Assembly (NCBI GenBank): GCA_020137815.1
Contig: CM035351.1
Coordinates: 9,362,001 to 9,426,000, forward strand
Length of the DNA stretch: 64,000 nt
Source: Hormiphora californensis
Lineage: Eukaryota > Animalia > Ctenophora
Reading direction: 5' to 3'
In this document: piece after piece, positions 25,901 through 38,192 of the stretch
Position numbering within the stretch: position 1 is the stretch's first letter
How the letters are laid out: the number at the start of each line of letters is the position of its first letter
Notes under the pieces: generated by a model
Seen by the model: the letters and a program-made list of their open reading frames with translations, nothing else
The model's database searches: none
What the model was told of the DNA's origin: nothing
Position numbers and translations under genes: made by a program

Positions 25901-26020
25901 GGGCAGGAAGGCAGTTAGAGAGGACACATCGGCCCCACAATCTAACATTATGTGGACATTGTTTAACTTGATGACCACACAACAGGAGTGGTCCAGGTTA
26001 CCATAGTTGGCTATCTTCAT
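22949..26020 (-). CDS. INTS9: Integrator complex subunit 9 (multi-exon, apparent frameshifts)
   Basis: IMLDCG.D.S.L..FLPL, GGNVLIPC.STGVLLDL, SPVADAALA...Y.EWL, Y.PELPF.H..L and PCIVFAGHPSLR. Confidence 0.9.
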
Positions 26021-26154
26021 ACTATTGAGGGAGGGAGAGGTTGGGGAAATGGAGTCATGAATTAGAAAACTGCACAGTAAATGGTAGTTTAAAAACTGTA
26101 AAATGTGTAGGTAATTCAGTATTTACAAAATGTAACAAATTTATAACAAAGTTA

Positions 26155-29100
26155 TTAAATAAGATTAAAAACTTTGTCTCGTAGTTTGGTGTAAGCCTCA
26201 CCAGCCCTACCCCTCAGTTCCCCCTCCAAGGTCTCCAGAGTTGCAGCAACCCCCTTCACACCACCCAACTCACACAGCACACTGAGAGTCTCAATAACAA
26301 CAGAGACATTATTCCTCGCATTACCACTCACAAACACTCTGAGTGGTTCTGAGATATCCGGTGCGTCATGTTTAGTTTTATGAAGGAGCACTCTCAGTAG
26401 ACCCGACACACGCGTCAGAATGTTTGGAGGTGATTTGGGGCCTAGAGACTTACACGTGAACAACACCTGACACAAAAACGGGAACAGTTTCTGTAGATCG
26501 TGGCACAAGATTTCAGGGTCTGCTGTTCTCTCCTCCAGATGGTTGAGAAATGACAGGAATGCATGTAGTTTTTCAGGGGGCATGGGTAGTTTAGTATATC
26601 CTCGACTAGGTTCTGCTATGTAATTTGCAAAGGATAACCGAAATGATCTGGCAGATTTGCTGATACCGTCTCTGAACGAAGAGGCAAACAGGGAGGGGAG
26701 AAAGGGGTTGGTTTGTTCCACGTCTTTTAGTGACACACAACTAAAGATCTCATCAAATACTCGCATAACATTCTTTAGAAACAGATTGTTTGATCTGTAG
26801 GAGAGTTTAGCAAGACCAGACCAGATTTGAGGGCTAACTGCCACCATTATCTTCCTATCCAGACACTTGTCTCCAACCAGGTAGAATGTTTGGAAGAGAG
26901 TGACGAGAGGGGAGTCAGGTTTAGTGGGACTGTAGAGAAGATCTGGGGCACTCTCAAATAGAAACCCAACAAACTGGTATACTGACTTCTGGTTAGATGA
27001 GTTGTCCTTTACAGCTGTTAATAGCAACTCAGGCAACCCCTCAGACACCTTCCAGACACCTTCTTTTAGTGTCTGAGCCTCAGCAAACTGCTTACTAGCG
27101 TAGGAAGATGTTAGTGATTTGATAACGTCTGTGACAACAGAAGCCCGATACTCAGTCTGCTGAATCTCACTAAAATGCTCCTTCAGGAGTCCATGAAGAG
27201 TTTTAACTAGCGATTCTTCAGCCTCTATCAGTCCAGACACATGCAATACACAAAGTCTACAGAATACCATATTAGCAATGGGCAGTCTGAACTCAACTGG
27301 AAAACTTCCTAAAGTTATCCTCACCTGTTGATTAGGGTTCGATACAATTCGGTAGATGAACTGACAGGCGAGAGGGTTGCTGAGAGATCTGGAGAGGGTT
27401 AGAACTTGTTACAGAGTCTTGTCTGATGCTCTAAACCGAGTGTAGCAATGCTGCAAGCAGGGAAGGAATAAACCGTGCCAGATCAGAACGCTTTACCAGG
27501 CTCACTAGTGGTTTCAGCAGGTATTTTGAGAGGGATGATATCTCCAATTCAGTGGGAGCGGTGTCTGAACTAGATACAATCCGCTCTGAGATTGTGATAA
27601 CTTTACAGCATTGCTCAAATGATCCCTTCTCCCAAATCATCTCTAACCAGGTTCCCAGGAATCTCAAGTGATCACAATCCAATGCCAGCGCCTGGGTGAG
27701 CAGTCTCTCAACTGAACCAAATATCTGGACTTGTTTCTGTTCTGATTCCCGTACAAAGTCCTCTGATAATCTGTTCAACATGATTGTCAGTTGATCCAGG
27801 AATATCTCACATGACTTGCCTCTCTCCTTGTATACCATAACAAGGGCTATCTGGAGAGATATGACTGCCCCCGGACACCCACTATTAGAGATCACATCAC
27901 CACTTTGAGATGCAAACAGCCGCTCCACGTGACCCTGTATCGCACCCAGATCACATATCATGAGACAGGTACATGTCAGTAGACCCAGGTTCTGTAGGGA
28001 ATCAGTAGAAAGGGAGGAGAGGGTTCTGTGGTCTATCTTAGAGGCTGTAAAGACCCGTTTTACAAGGGTCAACCTGCGCATCTCAGGTAACTTAGCGAGT
28101 ACAGCGGTGTAGTACCGGAGGAAGGAGATGAAGAGAGGTTCAGATGTAGGATGGTGGTCTGAGGTTGTGATATCACGGCACAGGGTGAGGTATTGGGAGG
28201 CAGGGAGGATGGAAACTAGTCGTGTAGTACCTTGTGCTGTCAGGGATCTGAAATGAGGGTGGGTGTAAAATAAAGATCAAACGAGTCAGACGAATATATT
28301 TTAGCGGATTTTAGTGCTACTAAATTGTGGTTTTATTTAATAAAAGCTGTCGAGAAATTAGCGAATGTCTACATCACCTGATAAAGTGTTGTTGAAGGCT
28401 CATAACAATGACAACATTAGGCTCCCACAGCTCCCCCACTGCCACTAGGGACCTCAATGTTTGGGGAAGGTGCAATGAGGGGGTGGAGCAGGCTAGTTTA
28501 GTCAGCTCGTGTAGAACACCCCAGTTTGGTTCAGTGTGGCCGTGTTGTGTTGCTACCCTGGCTACACTCTCACATAACCACACTAACCCTGATACACACT
28601 CTGTAGTGGACACTGAAAGAAGGGAGGTGGCGTTACTAAGATATAGTTAGATGCCTTCTGAAAGAACATCTCTTCATTCAGAGAAATAAATTGGAACGAG
28701 AACCTATCTAGAAACATGGACCTTTGACCCAGTACCTAGTTGGTTGATGTGACGATTGAATGTCTGCCAGAAAGACAGCTCAGGTTGGTTTGCAACAGAT
28801 GAGACACATTTCACAAGGGTGCCCCAACACGCCTCCTCGCAGCACCCCAGAGAGAGCGGGGAGGTGTATTCAGGGACCTGCAGTAAGGAACTTGTCTTCC
28901 TGTACCCTGTTAGAGATACCTGGACACCTTGTCTTACCAGCACCTCCATAAGAGTGTTCACTGTCCCACTAAACAGTTCCAGATGGGTAGAAAGGAACCT
29001 GAAAATATTTGATTGTATCAAAGGTGCGATTTGGAGTGTTCGGTTTGGAGTGTTGGTAATGATTTGTCGGATTCTACAATCTCAAAAGGTTGAATAGCAA

Positions 29101-30916
29101 GTCCTTGTGTAAGATCACCTGTGCGCTATGCGAAGTCGTGTGACAGCGAACAGTAGTTTGCAGTGGGTATAGAAATCACTCCCTCCACAGTCCCCTGGTA
29201 TTGAAGTTAATAGAGTCTGTAAGGGCGAGGTAAACATCTCAACTCGGGTAGGCCGTAACCGACACAGATAGGAGCACAGGGTCCTGATATGAGTGAATTG
29301 TTCAGGAGTATTACAGGAGGTGGGGTCCCATAGTACACGCAGGACACAGTCCTCCAGCCATTGCACCTCTTCGGGGGTGTCCTCTAACTGGAAATATAGG
29401 GACATGTTAACTATTAGGAATAAACGAAGGGCATGTACATGTGTGTCTCATGAGTTATTTCATTGATTGCAGTGAATTACAGGAACCAAAGAACCGAGCA
29501 CCTCTATGTGTTACCAATGTGCAGAACGCTTAGTAGTTTAGATGAGAGAAAACACAGGTATTTCATGATGCATGATCATTGATCAGCTTAAAACAATTTG
29601 AATAATACAATTTACAACAGTTTACACTCTGGTTACAGTTGACTCTCTTCTGGAAGTACTTGGTTTGTTCATTCGGGTTACAAAAGCGGCCTCTACAGCG
29701 AAGGAGACAAGGGTCAGTATCACTAGTAGTACAACTACAGCTGCCCCAATCTTTAGGTAGTGGAGAAGATATTCGTTGAGTAATTCCGTTGCGTAGTCAG
29801 AAAGGAGGGGTGTAGGAGTGGTCGGGGAGATGGCGGTACAGTTGAATGTCACCACAACCCTTTGGAGGTCACCAGAATGTCCTCGGACGGAGAAGATCCT
29901 TGCGTTGTCCTCACATGTTTCCACTTGAGTGCAGTGCATATATCGGAACAAGCGGAGAATGGTGTCGTTGGCGTTGAGGTTGTAGACTTGGGGGCACTTG
30001 ATGAAGGGAGATGCTGTAGCAGTAGTCATCACTCCGGCAAGGAAGATAAGAGCAAAGCAAATCATTTTGGTTGAATAAAAATAAAAGTTCTCTGTGATTT
30101 ATAGTTTTTGAGTTGGCGAGATTTGAGAGGCCTAGTTTCGTATCACCGATTATGGACTATCAGGTCACATGAAAAAGCAGGCCTAGTTTCGTATCACCGA
30201 TTAGGGACTATCAGATCACATAACAAAGCAGGCTTAGTTTCGTATCACCGATTATGGACTATCAGATCACATGACAAAGCAGGCCTAGTTTCGTATCACC
30301 GATTAAGGACTATCAGATCACATGACAAAGCAGGTCTAGTTTCGTATCACCGATTAAGGACTATCAGGTCACATGACGAAGCAGGCCTAGTTTCGTATCA
30401 CCGATTAAGGACTATCAGATCACATAACAAAGCAGGCCTAGTTTCGTATCACCGATTAGGGACTTTCAGATCACATGGTAAAGCGGGCTTAGTTTCGTAT
30501 CACCGTTTATGGACTATCAGATCACATGGTAAAGCGGGCTTAGTTTCTTAGCACCGAATAATAAGGAATCCATAATTCAGAAATAATATCAGACAAATTC
30601 AATTCTTCGCTGCTCCCAGGAGCAGGCAAAGGCGTCAGAGGTGAAAGAGGCCACAATTCCAGGGAACTAATTTTACAAATGAAAACAAGTGGTTTTACCA
30701 GACAATTGTTTCGATCCAGATGGATCTCATCAGTGGAATAAAATGGGGGAACTAATTTTATCAGTTTTTCGTCTAAGAAGAACGAATAATCAGTGCTATT
30801 CAACTACAATTAATTATAATTACCGCTTTGAGGATGAATGGGTGGTTGAACAAGACATCGTTACGGGGTAATTCCTGTTCGGGGAGTGGGCCAATGTCAT
30901 ACTCGCATTCTCTCAT
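26155..30916 (-). CDS. MMS22L: MMS22-like DNA repair protein (exon 1 30916-30824 spliced to 29388; further exons to 26155)
   Basis: SPL...C.E..W..L....SFW..FN, EPNW..L.EL, LWEPN..IV..L..HF and C-terminal EAY.KL resemble MMS22L. Exon 1 (31 codons) joins exon 2 in phase 0 and is conserved in the duplicate copy. Confidence 0.7.
29622..30065 (-). CDS. Uncharacterised 147-aa type I membrane protein, nested on the same strand in MMS22L intron 1 (copy A)
   Basis: Signal peptide, 4 extracellular Cys, N-glycosylation sequons, T/P stalk and TM helix; ORF length is preserved in the diverged copy B. Confidence 0.75.
   Translation of the reverse strand: MICFALIFLAGVMTTATASPFIKCPQVYNLNANDTILRLFRYMHCTQVETCEDNARIFSVRGHSGDLQRVVVTFNCTAISPTTPTPLLSDYATELLNEYLLHYLKIGAAVVVLLVILTLVSFAVEAAFVTRMNKPSTSRRESTVTRV
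30128..30548. repeat. 51-bp minisatellite (~8 copies)
   Basis: Unit aaagcaggcctagtttcgtatcaccgattagggactatcagatcacatgac. Confidence 0.95.
30551..30796. mobile_element. ~250-bp MITE (TA|GCAC...GTGC|TA) present in copy A and absent from copy B
   Basis: Imperfect TIR gcaccgaataat / aataatcagtgc; empty site ...gtttctTAatcaa near 36620. Confidence 0.6.
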
Positions 30917-31702
30917 GTAGAGCTATAACAGGGCGATGGTGTTGGTTAGAGACGGTTTAAAGCGAAACAATGAATTACATCATTTAGAGATTTTAACAAC
31001 TTTAAATCCAAAGAACTAAAACATGCATAATGAACTCTAAAACATATAAACACAATTAAAATACACACATGTGACTACGTATAACATCTCTCTAAGAGAT
31101 AACCACGGCAGTGCGTTGTTGGAGAATGGAGAGGGTCAGGAACTCCACACTAGCACAGACTACATAGAAGGTCAGGATTCAGGAACGATGTGATACGTGA
31201 TTCTCTACCACTTAGACCAATTCGTAATACTGAACACGATCAACGATTCAGTGAAGATCACATGACCTGACTAACTTTAAGAAACATGACACTGTGTCTC
31301 TTGTGGTTGTCCAATTTAGCTGATCTTGGTCACATTGGAAAGCTAATCGATAGCCAAACATAATTGGTTAAATTTTGAACCGGAAAATATTTTTTCCTGG
31401 AATGAATGACAATGTTCATTCCGTTCATGAAAATGAATTTTGAGCTAGAGCTCTGATTTTTCTGTCAGGATCAAGATAGACATAGTGGAGCAACCCTGCC
31501 AAGTTACAGCTCTCCACCACATCGGCAACTATGGTGGTCTAGGGGGGGGGGGCTTTTTTTGCCGCACACGGTATAAACACAATTAAAATACACATGTATG
31601 TGACTACGTATAACATCTCTTTAAGAGATAACCATGGAAGTGCGTTGTATTGTTGGAGAGGGTCAGGCACTCCACACTAGCCAATATAATATCTCCTACC
31701 TC

Positions 31703-32534
31703 CTACTGATCAAGGAATTGTGCTGTCCTCCAATCATACAGCCTGCTCTCTCTATAGAACCCCCCGCTAGTGGTTGGGACAGTGCACACATGGGTGGGGG
31801 TCACAGCACCCTGATCTATAGTCAGGTGCCCCTTGTGACTGGTCATGTCTGTATCCACATAACCAGGACAACACGAGTTGATAATCACCCCACTACCCTC
31901 CATCTCTCTAGCCAGGGCCACCGTGTGGGCGTTAAGGAACGTTTTAGAGGTCGAGTAGGCGCTGTCCTTAGCAAACAGGGAGTAGTCATCATTCTCAACA
32001 GCTGTAATGTATTCCCTGTATATCTCCATCACACCCTCCTCTGTGAGACCAGGATCTGTTAGTCGGGCTCTAATTGGATTAGCAGGGTCTTTAAATGTGT
32101 AGTTTAGTTGCCCAGCCATGGACGCTACCTGACACACTCTACCACCCTTCTTTACCAGAGGTAGGAGGGCCCTGGTAACTTTGATTGTTGCTATGAGGTT
32201 GGTTGCCATGGTAACAGTAGATTTCTCAATGAGGGGAGCATGTACTAGCATTCTTGTATGCTATACCAGCATTATTACACAGCACATCGATCTCTCCCCC
32301 GTATTTCTCTTTAATCACCCCCACAAACGCCCCAATACTGTCCTCACTACAGATATCAAGCTGTTCGAATACAGGAGATAGACCCTCTGATTTGAGGGCC
32401 TCCACAGCCGCCTTTCCCCGGGTCTCATCTCGTGCTGTCAGGATGACTGTACCACCTAGCTTCTTACATAGCGCTCTGACAATACCAAACCCAACACCCT
32501 TGTTACCTCCAGTTACTACCGCTACCGTTGTCAT
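31703..32534 (-). CDS. CBR1: Carbonyl reductase (SDR, CBR1-like), copy A, with a frameshift near 32240
   Basis: VTGGNKGVG, NNAGI, YSTSK and CCPGYVDTDM motifs; split across two ORFs. Confidence 0.85.
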
Positions 32535-32778
32535 GGCTAGGAAGGTGGGGAGGGGTGAGCAGTTGTCATGGATATAGGGAACTATATAATATGGCTACGG
32601 GTGGAAGAGGTGTGGACCGTGGAGAGAGGGAGAGAGAATGGAGAAGGTTTGGGATAGTAAAACGCGATAGATAAAACATGCTTTACACAGACCTTTGTAC
32701 AATCAATATAAAATATCCCCCTCTAAAAAATGTAAACCTCGATTAAAAGTCACCTCCCCCAACTAAGTCTGCACACCT

Positions 32779-33398
32779 TTACAATTGTCCTATAACGACA
32801 GCAGGTAGTATAGTGCCTGCTGGGACTGTTTCTCTGTCCTCTGATCTTGGTGGGAGTGAGAGGAGAATGTTGGCACTTCTCATGCTGAGTAGTCGGCTGC
32901 TACATTGCCCTCCTGTCAGCTCCACCTCACCGTCACCACTATATACTGAAAGTGAGGGAATTAGTGTGAGTGATTTGGTGTTACATTGGTGTTGGGGAGA
33001 TCTAGTAGGGCGTAGACTAACAAATCTAACAAGTCATAGTAGGAGTGCAAGTGATCAAATCAAACAGCTGTATTTACTATTTACCTGCCCGGATATATTC
33101 AGGTCTAGGATCAAGACGTCGTGTTGTGGGTAGGGGTACATTGATGATACTAGGATTATACTTCCTCCCCTCCCAGGTGTGTAGTGAGGGAAGGACAAAG
33201 AGTTTGTATGTTACCATGGCACTGACTGGGTTACCGGGCAACCCAAAGAACAGACATGATGGTGATGTTGGGTCCCTTGGTATAGTGGCAAATGTTGTTG
33301 GCTTCCCAGGTTTCATGAATACTCTTCCGAAGTGGATCTTTCCATTTAGACTCAAAATAGAGTTCTTTACGTGGTCTGTCTCACCCATTGATACTCCA
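32779..33398 (-). pseudogene. GPHN: Duplicated last two exons of gephyrin (no 5' part)
   Basis: GGVSMGETD..K, HFGRVFMKPGKPTTF and FGLPGNPVSAMV; only satellite lies upstream. Confidence 0.75.
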
Positions 33399-33484
33399 CC
33401 TGTACACAACTCAGGTAACCATTAGTGACCACTACAAGTAACACCTAGTTACAACTGCTAACAACTAGTAACCACTAGTTAGTT

Positions 33485-34291
33485 AGGAGGGTCAAAGTGG
33501 GAAAGTTTCTTAGAGATTAGGAGGGTCAAAGTGGGAAAGTTTCTTAGAGATAAGGAGGGTCAAAGTGGGAAAGTTTCTTAGAGATAAGGAGGTTCAAAGT
33601 GGGAAAGTTTCGTAGAGATTAGGAGAGTCAAAGTGGGAAAATTTCTTAGAGATTAGGAGGGTCAAAGTGGGAAAGTTTCTTAGAGATAAGGAGGGTCAAA
33701 GTGGGAAAGTTTCTTAGAGATAAGGAGGGTCAAAGTGGGAAAGTTTCTTAGAGATAAGGAGGGTCAAAGTGGGAAAGTTTCTTAGAGATAAGGAGGGTCA
33801 AAGTGGGAAAGTTTCTTAGAGATAAGGAGGGTCAAAGTGGGAAAGTTTCTTAGAGATAAGGAGGGTCAAAGTGGGAAAGTTTCTTAGAGATAAGGAGGGT
33901 CAAGTGGGAAAGTTTCTTAGAGATAAGGAGTGTCAAAGTGGGAAAGTTTCTTAGAGATAAGGAGGGTCAAAGTGGGAAAGTTTCTTAGAGATAAGGAGGG
34001 TCAAAGTGGGAAAGTTTCTTAGAGATAAGGAGGGTCAAAGTGGGAAAGTTTCTTAGAGATAAGGAGGGTCAAAGTGGGAAAGTTTCTTAGAGATAAGGAG
34101 GGTCAAAGTGGGAAAGTTTCTTAGAGATAAGGAGGGTCAAAGTGGGAAAGTTTCTTAGAGATAAGGAGGGTCAAGTGGGAAAGTTTCTTAGAGATAAGGA
34201 GTGTCAAAGTGGGAAAGTTTCTTAGAGATAAGGAGGATCAAAGTGGGAAAGTTTCTTAGAGATAAGGAGGGTCAAAGTGGGAAAGTTTCTT
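33485..34291. repeat. 34-bp satellite array (copy A)
   Basis: Unit gataaggagggtcaaagtgggaaagtttcttaga. Confidence 0.97.
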
Positions 34292-35490
34292 TCTTCTTGT
34301 TTGGGGAAGGTGCAATGAGGGGGTGGAGCAGGCTAGTTTAGTCAGCTCATGTAGAACACCCCAGTTTGGTTCAGTGTGGCCATGTTGGGTCGCCAACCTG
34401 GCTACACTCTCACATAACCACACCAGCCCCGATACACACTCTGTAGTGGACACTGAAAGAAGGGAGGGGGCGTTACTAGGATACTTACTAGATGTCTTCT
34501 GAACATCTCTTCATTCAGAGAAACAAATTGGAACGAGAACCTAGAGAAACATTGGCCCAGTACCTAGTTGGTTGATGTGGCGATTGAATGTCTGCCAGAA
34601 AGACAGCTCAGGTTGGTTAGATGACACACATTTTACAAGGGTACCCCAACACGCCTCCTCGCAGCACCCCAGAGAGAGCGGGGAGGTATATTCAGGGATC
34701 TGTAGTAGGGAACTTGTCTTCCTGTACCCTGTTAGAGATACCTGGACACCTTGTGTCACCAGCACCTCCATAAGAGTGTTCACTGTCCCACTAAATAGTT
34801 CCAGATGGGTAGATAGGAACCTGAAAATGAACTGGGTGTATTATAGGTTCGGTTTGTTATGTTCTAACCCTCTTTTACATTTATATAAGAGGGCGGAGCG
34901 CACGGAAAAAGGGTCGGGGAAGGCAAAGGTTCGATTTGGAGTTTTGGTAATGATTTGTTGGATTCTACAATCTAAAAAGGCTGAATAGCAAGTCCTCGTA
35001 AGATCACCTGTGCGCTATGCGAAGTCGTGTGACAGCGAACAGTAGTTTGCAGTGGGTATAGAAATCACTCCCTCCACAGTCCCCTGGTATTGAAGTTAAT
35101 AGAGTCTGTAAGGGCGAGGTAAACATCTCAACTCGTGTGGGCCGTAACCGACACAGATAGGAACAGAAGGTCCGGATATGAGTGAACTGTTCAGGAGTAT
35201 TGCAGGAGGTGGGGTCCCATAGTACACGCAGGACACAATCCTCCAGCCATTGCACCTCTTCAGGGGTGTCCTCTAACTGAAAAAAACAGGGACATGTTAG
35301 CTATTAGGAATAAACGAAGGGCATGTACATGTGTGTCTCATGAGTTATTTCATTGATTGCAGAAGAGAATTACAGGACCCAAAGAACCGATGTTACCATG
35401 TGCAGAACGTTTAACAGTTTAGATGAGAGAACACAGGGATTTCATGCTGCATGATCATTGATCAGCTTAAAACAATTTGAATAATACAAT

Positions 35491-35934
35491 TTACACTCCG
35501 GTTACAGTTGACTCTCTTCTGGAAGTAGTGGGTTTGTTTCTTCGTGTTACAAAAGCGGCCTCAACAGCGAAGGAGACAAGGGTCAATATCACTAGTAGTA
35601 CAACTACAGCTGCCCCAATCTTTAGGTAGTGGAGAAGATATCCGATGAGTTGTTCCGTTGCGTCGTCAGAAAGGAGGGGTGTAGGAGTGGTTGGGGGGAT
35701 GGCGGTACAGTTGAATGTCACCACAACCCTTTGGAAGTCACCAGAATGTCCAGGGAAGGAAAGGATCAAGGGGTTGTCCTCACATGTTTCCACTTGAGTG
35801 CAGTGCATATATCGGAACAACCGGAGAATGGTGTCGTTGGCATTAAGGTTGTAGACTTGGGGGCACTTGATGAAGGGAGTCGCTGTAGCAGTAGTCATCA
35901 CTCCGGCAAGGAAGATAAAAGCAAAGCAAATCAT
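35491..35934 (-). CDS. Uncharacterised 147-aa type I membrane protein, copy B
   Basis: Paralog or allele of 29622-30065, intact. Confidence 0.75.
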   Translation of the reverse strand: MICFAFIFLAGVMTTATATPFIKCPQVYNLNANDTILRLFRYMHCTQVETCEDNPLILSFPGHSGDFQRVVVTFNCTAIPPTTPTPLLSDDATEQLIGYLLHYLKIGAAVVVLLVILTLVSFAVEAAFVTRRNKPTTSRRESTVTGV

Positions 35935-35996
35935 TTTGGTTTAATAAAAATAAAAGTTCTCTGTGATTTATAGTTTCTGAGTTGGTGAGATTTGAG

Positions 35997-36620
35997 AGGC
36001 CTAGCTTCGTATCACCGATTAGGGACTATCAGATCACATAACAAAGCAGGCCTAGTTTCATATCACCGATTAGGGACTATCAGGTCACATGACAAAGCAG
36101 GCCTAGTTTCGTATCACCGATTATGGACTATCAGGTCACATAACAAAGCAGGCCTAGTTTCGTATCACCGATTAGGGACTATCAGGTCACATAACAAAGC
36201 AGGCCTAGTTTCGTATCACCGATTAGGGACTATCAGAATTCAGGTCACATGACAAAGCAGGCCTAGTTTCGTATCACCGATTAGGGACTATCAGATCACA
36301 TAACAAAGCAGGCCTAGTTTCGTATCACCGATTAGGGACTATCAGATCACATAACAAAGCAGGCCTAGTTTCGTATCACCGATTAGGGAGTTGAGAAATA
36401 ACAAAGCAGGCCTAGTTTCGTATCACCGATTAGGGACTATCAGATCACATGACAAAGCAGGCCTAGTTTCGTATCACCGATTAGGGACTATCAGATCACA
36501 TAACAAAGCAGGCCTAGTTTCGTATCACCGATTAGGGACTATCAGATCACATAACAAAGCAGGTCTAGTTTTATATCACTGATAGTGTCAGATCACAATA
36601 TGGAAAAGCGGGCCTAGTTT
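35997..36620. repeat. 51-bp minisatellite (~12 copies), copy B
   Basis: Same unit as 30128-30548. Confidence 0.95.
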
Positions 36621-37045
36621 CTTAATCAATTTTAATTTCCTAAATAATCATTATTACCGCTTTGAGGATGAATGGATGGTTGAACAAGACATCGTTACGT
36701 GGTAATCCATATTCGGGGAGTGGGCCAATGTCATACTCGCATTCTCTCATGTAGAGCTATAACAGGGCGATGGATTACCATTGGGAGAGAGGGTTTATAG
36801 TGAAACAGTGAATTACATTAATTAGAGATTAACAATTTTATCCAAAGAACTAAAACATGAATAATGAACTCTAAAACATATAAACACAATTAAAATACAC
36901 ATGTATGTGACTACGTATAACATCTCTTTAAGAGATAACTATGGCAGTGCGTTGTATTGTTGGAGAGGGTCAGGAACTGCACACCACACTAGCACAGACT
37001 ACATAGAGGGTCAGGCACTCCACACTAGCCAATATCTCTTCCTTC

Positions 37046-37876
37046 CTACTGATCAAGGAATTGTGCTGTCCTCCAATCATACAGCCTGCTCTCTCTATAG
37101 AACCCCCCGCTAGTGGTAGGGACAGTACACACATGGGTGGGGGTCACAGCACCCTCATCTATAGTGAGGTGCCCCTTGTGACTGGTCATGTCAGTATCCA
37201 CGTAACCAGGACAACACGAGTTGATAATCACCCCACTACCCTCCATCTCTCTAGCCAGGGCCACCGTGTGGGCGTTAAGGAAGGTTTTAGAGGTCGAGTA
37301 GGCACTATCCTTAGCAAACAGGGAGTAGTCATCATTCTCAACAGCTGTAATGTATTCCCTGTATATCTCCATCAGTCCTTCCTCTGTCAGACCAGGATCT
37401 GTTAGCCGGGCTCTAATTGGATTAGCAGGGTCTTTAAATGTGTAGTTTAGTTGACCAGCCATGGACGCTACTTGACACACTCTACCACCCTTCTTTACCA
37501 GAGGTAGGAGGGCCCTGGTAACTTTGATTGTTGCTATGAGGTTGGTTGCCATAGTAACAGTAGATTTCTCAATGAGGGGGGCTGTACTAGCATTCTTGTA
37601 TGCTATACCAGCATTATTGCACAACACATCGATCTCTCCCCCGTATTTCTCCTTTATCACCCCCACAAACGCCCCAATACTCTCCTCACTGCAGATATCC
37701 AGTTGTTCAAATACAGGAGATAGACCCTCTGATTTGAGGGCCTCCACAGCTGCCTTTCCCCGGGTCTCATCTCGTGCTGCCAGGATGACTGTACCACCTA
37801 GCTTCTTACATAGCGCCCTGACAATCCCAAACCCAACACCCTTGTTACCTCCCGTTACTACCGCTACCGTTGTCAT
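37046..37876 (-). CDS. CBR1: Carbonyl reductase (SDR, CBR1-like), intact and intronless; start MTTVAVV
   Basis: Full set of SDR motifs: TGxxxGxG, NNAG and YxxSK. Confidence 0.9.
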   Translation of the reverse strand: MTTVAVVTGGNKGVGFGIVRALCKKLGGTVILAARDETRGKAAVEALKSEGLSPVFEQLDICSEESIGAFVGVIKEKYGGEIDVLCNNAGIAYKNASTAPLIEKSTVTMATNLIATIKVTRALLPLVKKGGRVCQVASMAGQLNYTFKDPANPIRARLTDPGLTEEGLMEIYREYITAVENDDYSLFAKDSAYSTSKTFLNAHTVALAREMEGSGVIINSCCPGYVDTDMTSHKGHLTIDEGAVTPTHVCTVPTTSGGFYRESRLYDWRTAQFLDQ

Positions 37877-38099
37877 GGCTAGGAAGGTGGAGAGGTGTGA
37901 GAGGTTGTCATGGTTATAGGGAACTATGGCTAGTGGTAGAAGAAGGGTGAACCGCAGTATAGAAAGAGAATGGGGAAGGTTTGGGATAGTAAAACGCGAT
38001 AGATAAAACATGCTTTACACAGACCTTTGTACAAACAGTATAAAATATCCCCCTCTAAAAAATGTAAACCTCGATTAAAAGTCACCTCCCCCAACTAAG

Positions 38100-38172
38100 T
38101 TGGTTACGAAATAATAACCCCTTGCCTCGCGACTTTCGCGCGCTGGCGAGGGAGGGGTAACTTCGTTACCAA
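38100..38172. mobile_element. 73-bp TTGG...CCAA micro-MITE with 9-bp TSD; empty site in the duplicate copy
   Basis: TSD ccaactaag at 38091-38099 and 38173-38181; a single ccaactaag at 32759-32767. Confidence 0.9.
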
Positions 38173-38192
38173 CCAACTAAGTCTGTACACCT

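Larger units (their letters stand above)
34298..36750 (-). pseudogene. MMS22L: MMS22L 5' fragment (duplicate, truncated at the satellite junction)
   Basis: Colinear with 28458-30916; ends abruptly mid-exon at 34298. Confidence 0.7.

Noticed and set aside
32201-32215. RFX X-box-like palindrome gttgccatggtaac
   Set aside because: It lies inside the CBR1 coding sequence and is altered in copy B.
30128-36620. 51-bp and 34-bp arrays as CRISPR arrays or repeat proteins
   Set aside because: Head-to-tail units without unique spacers, eukaryotic intronic context and no cas genes; the ORFs arise only because 51 is a multiple of 3.
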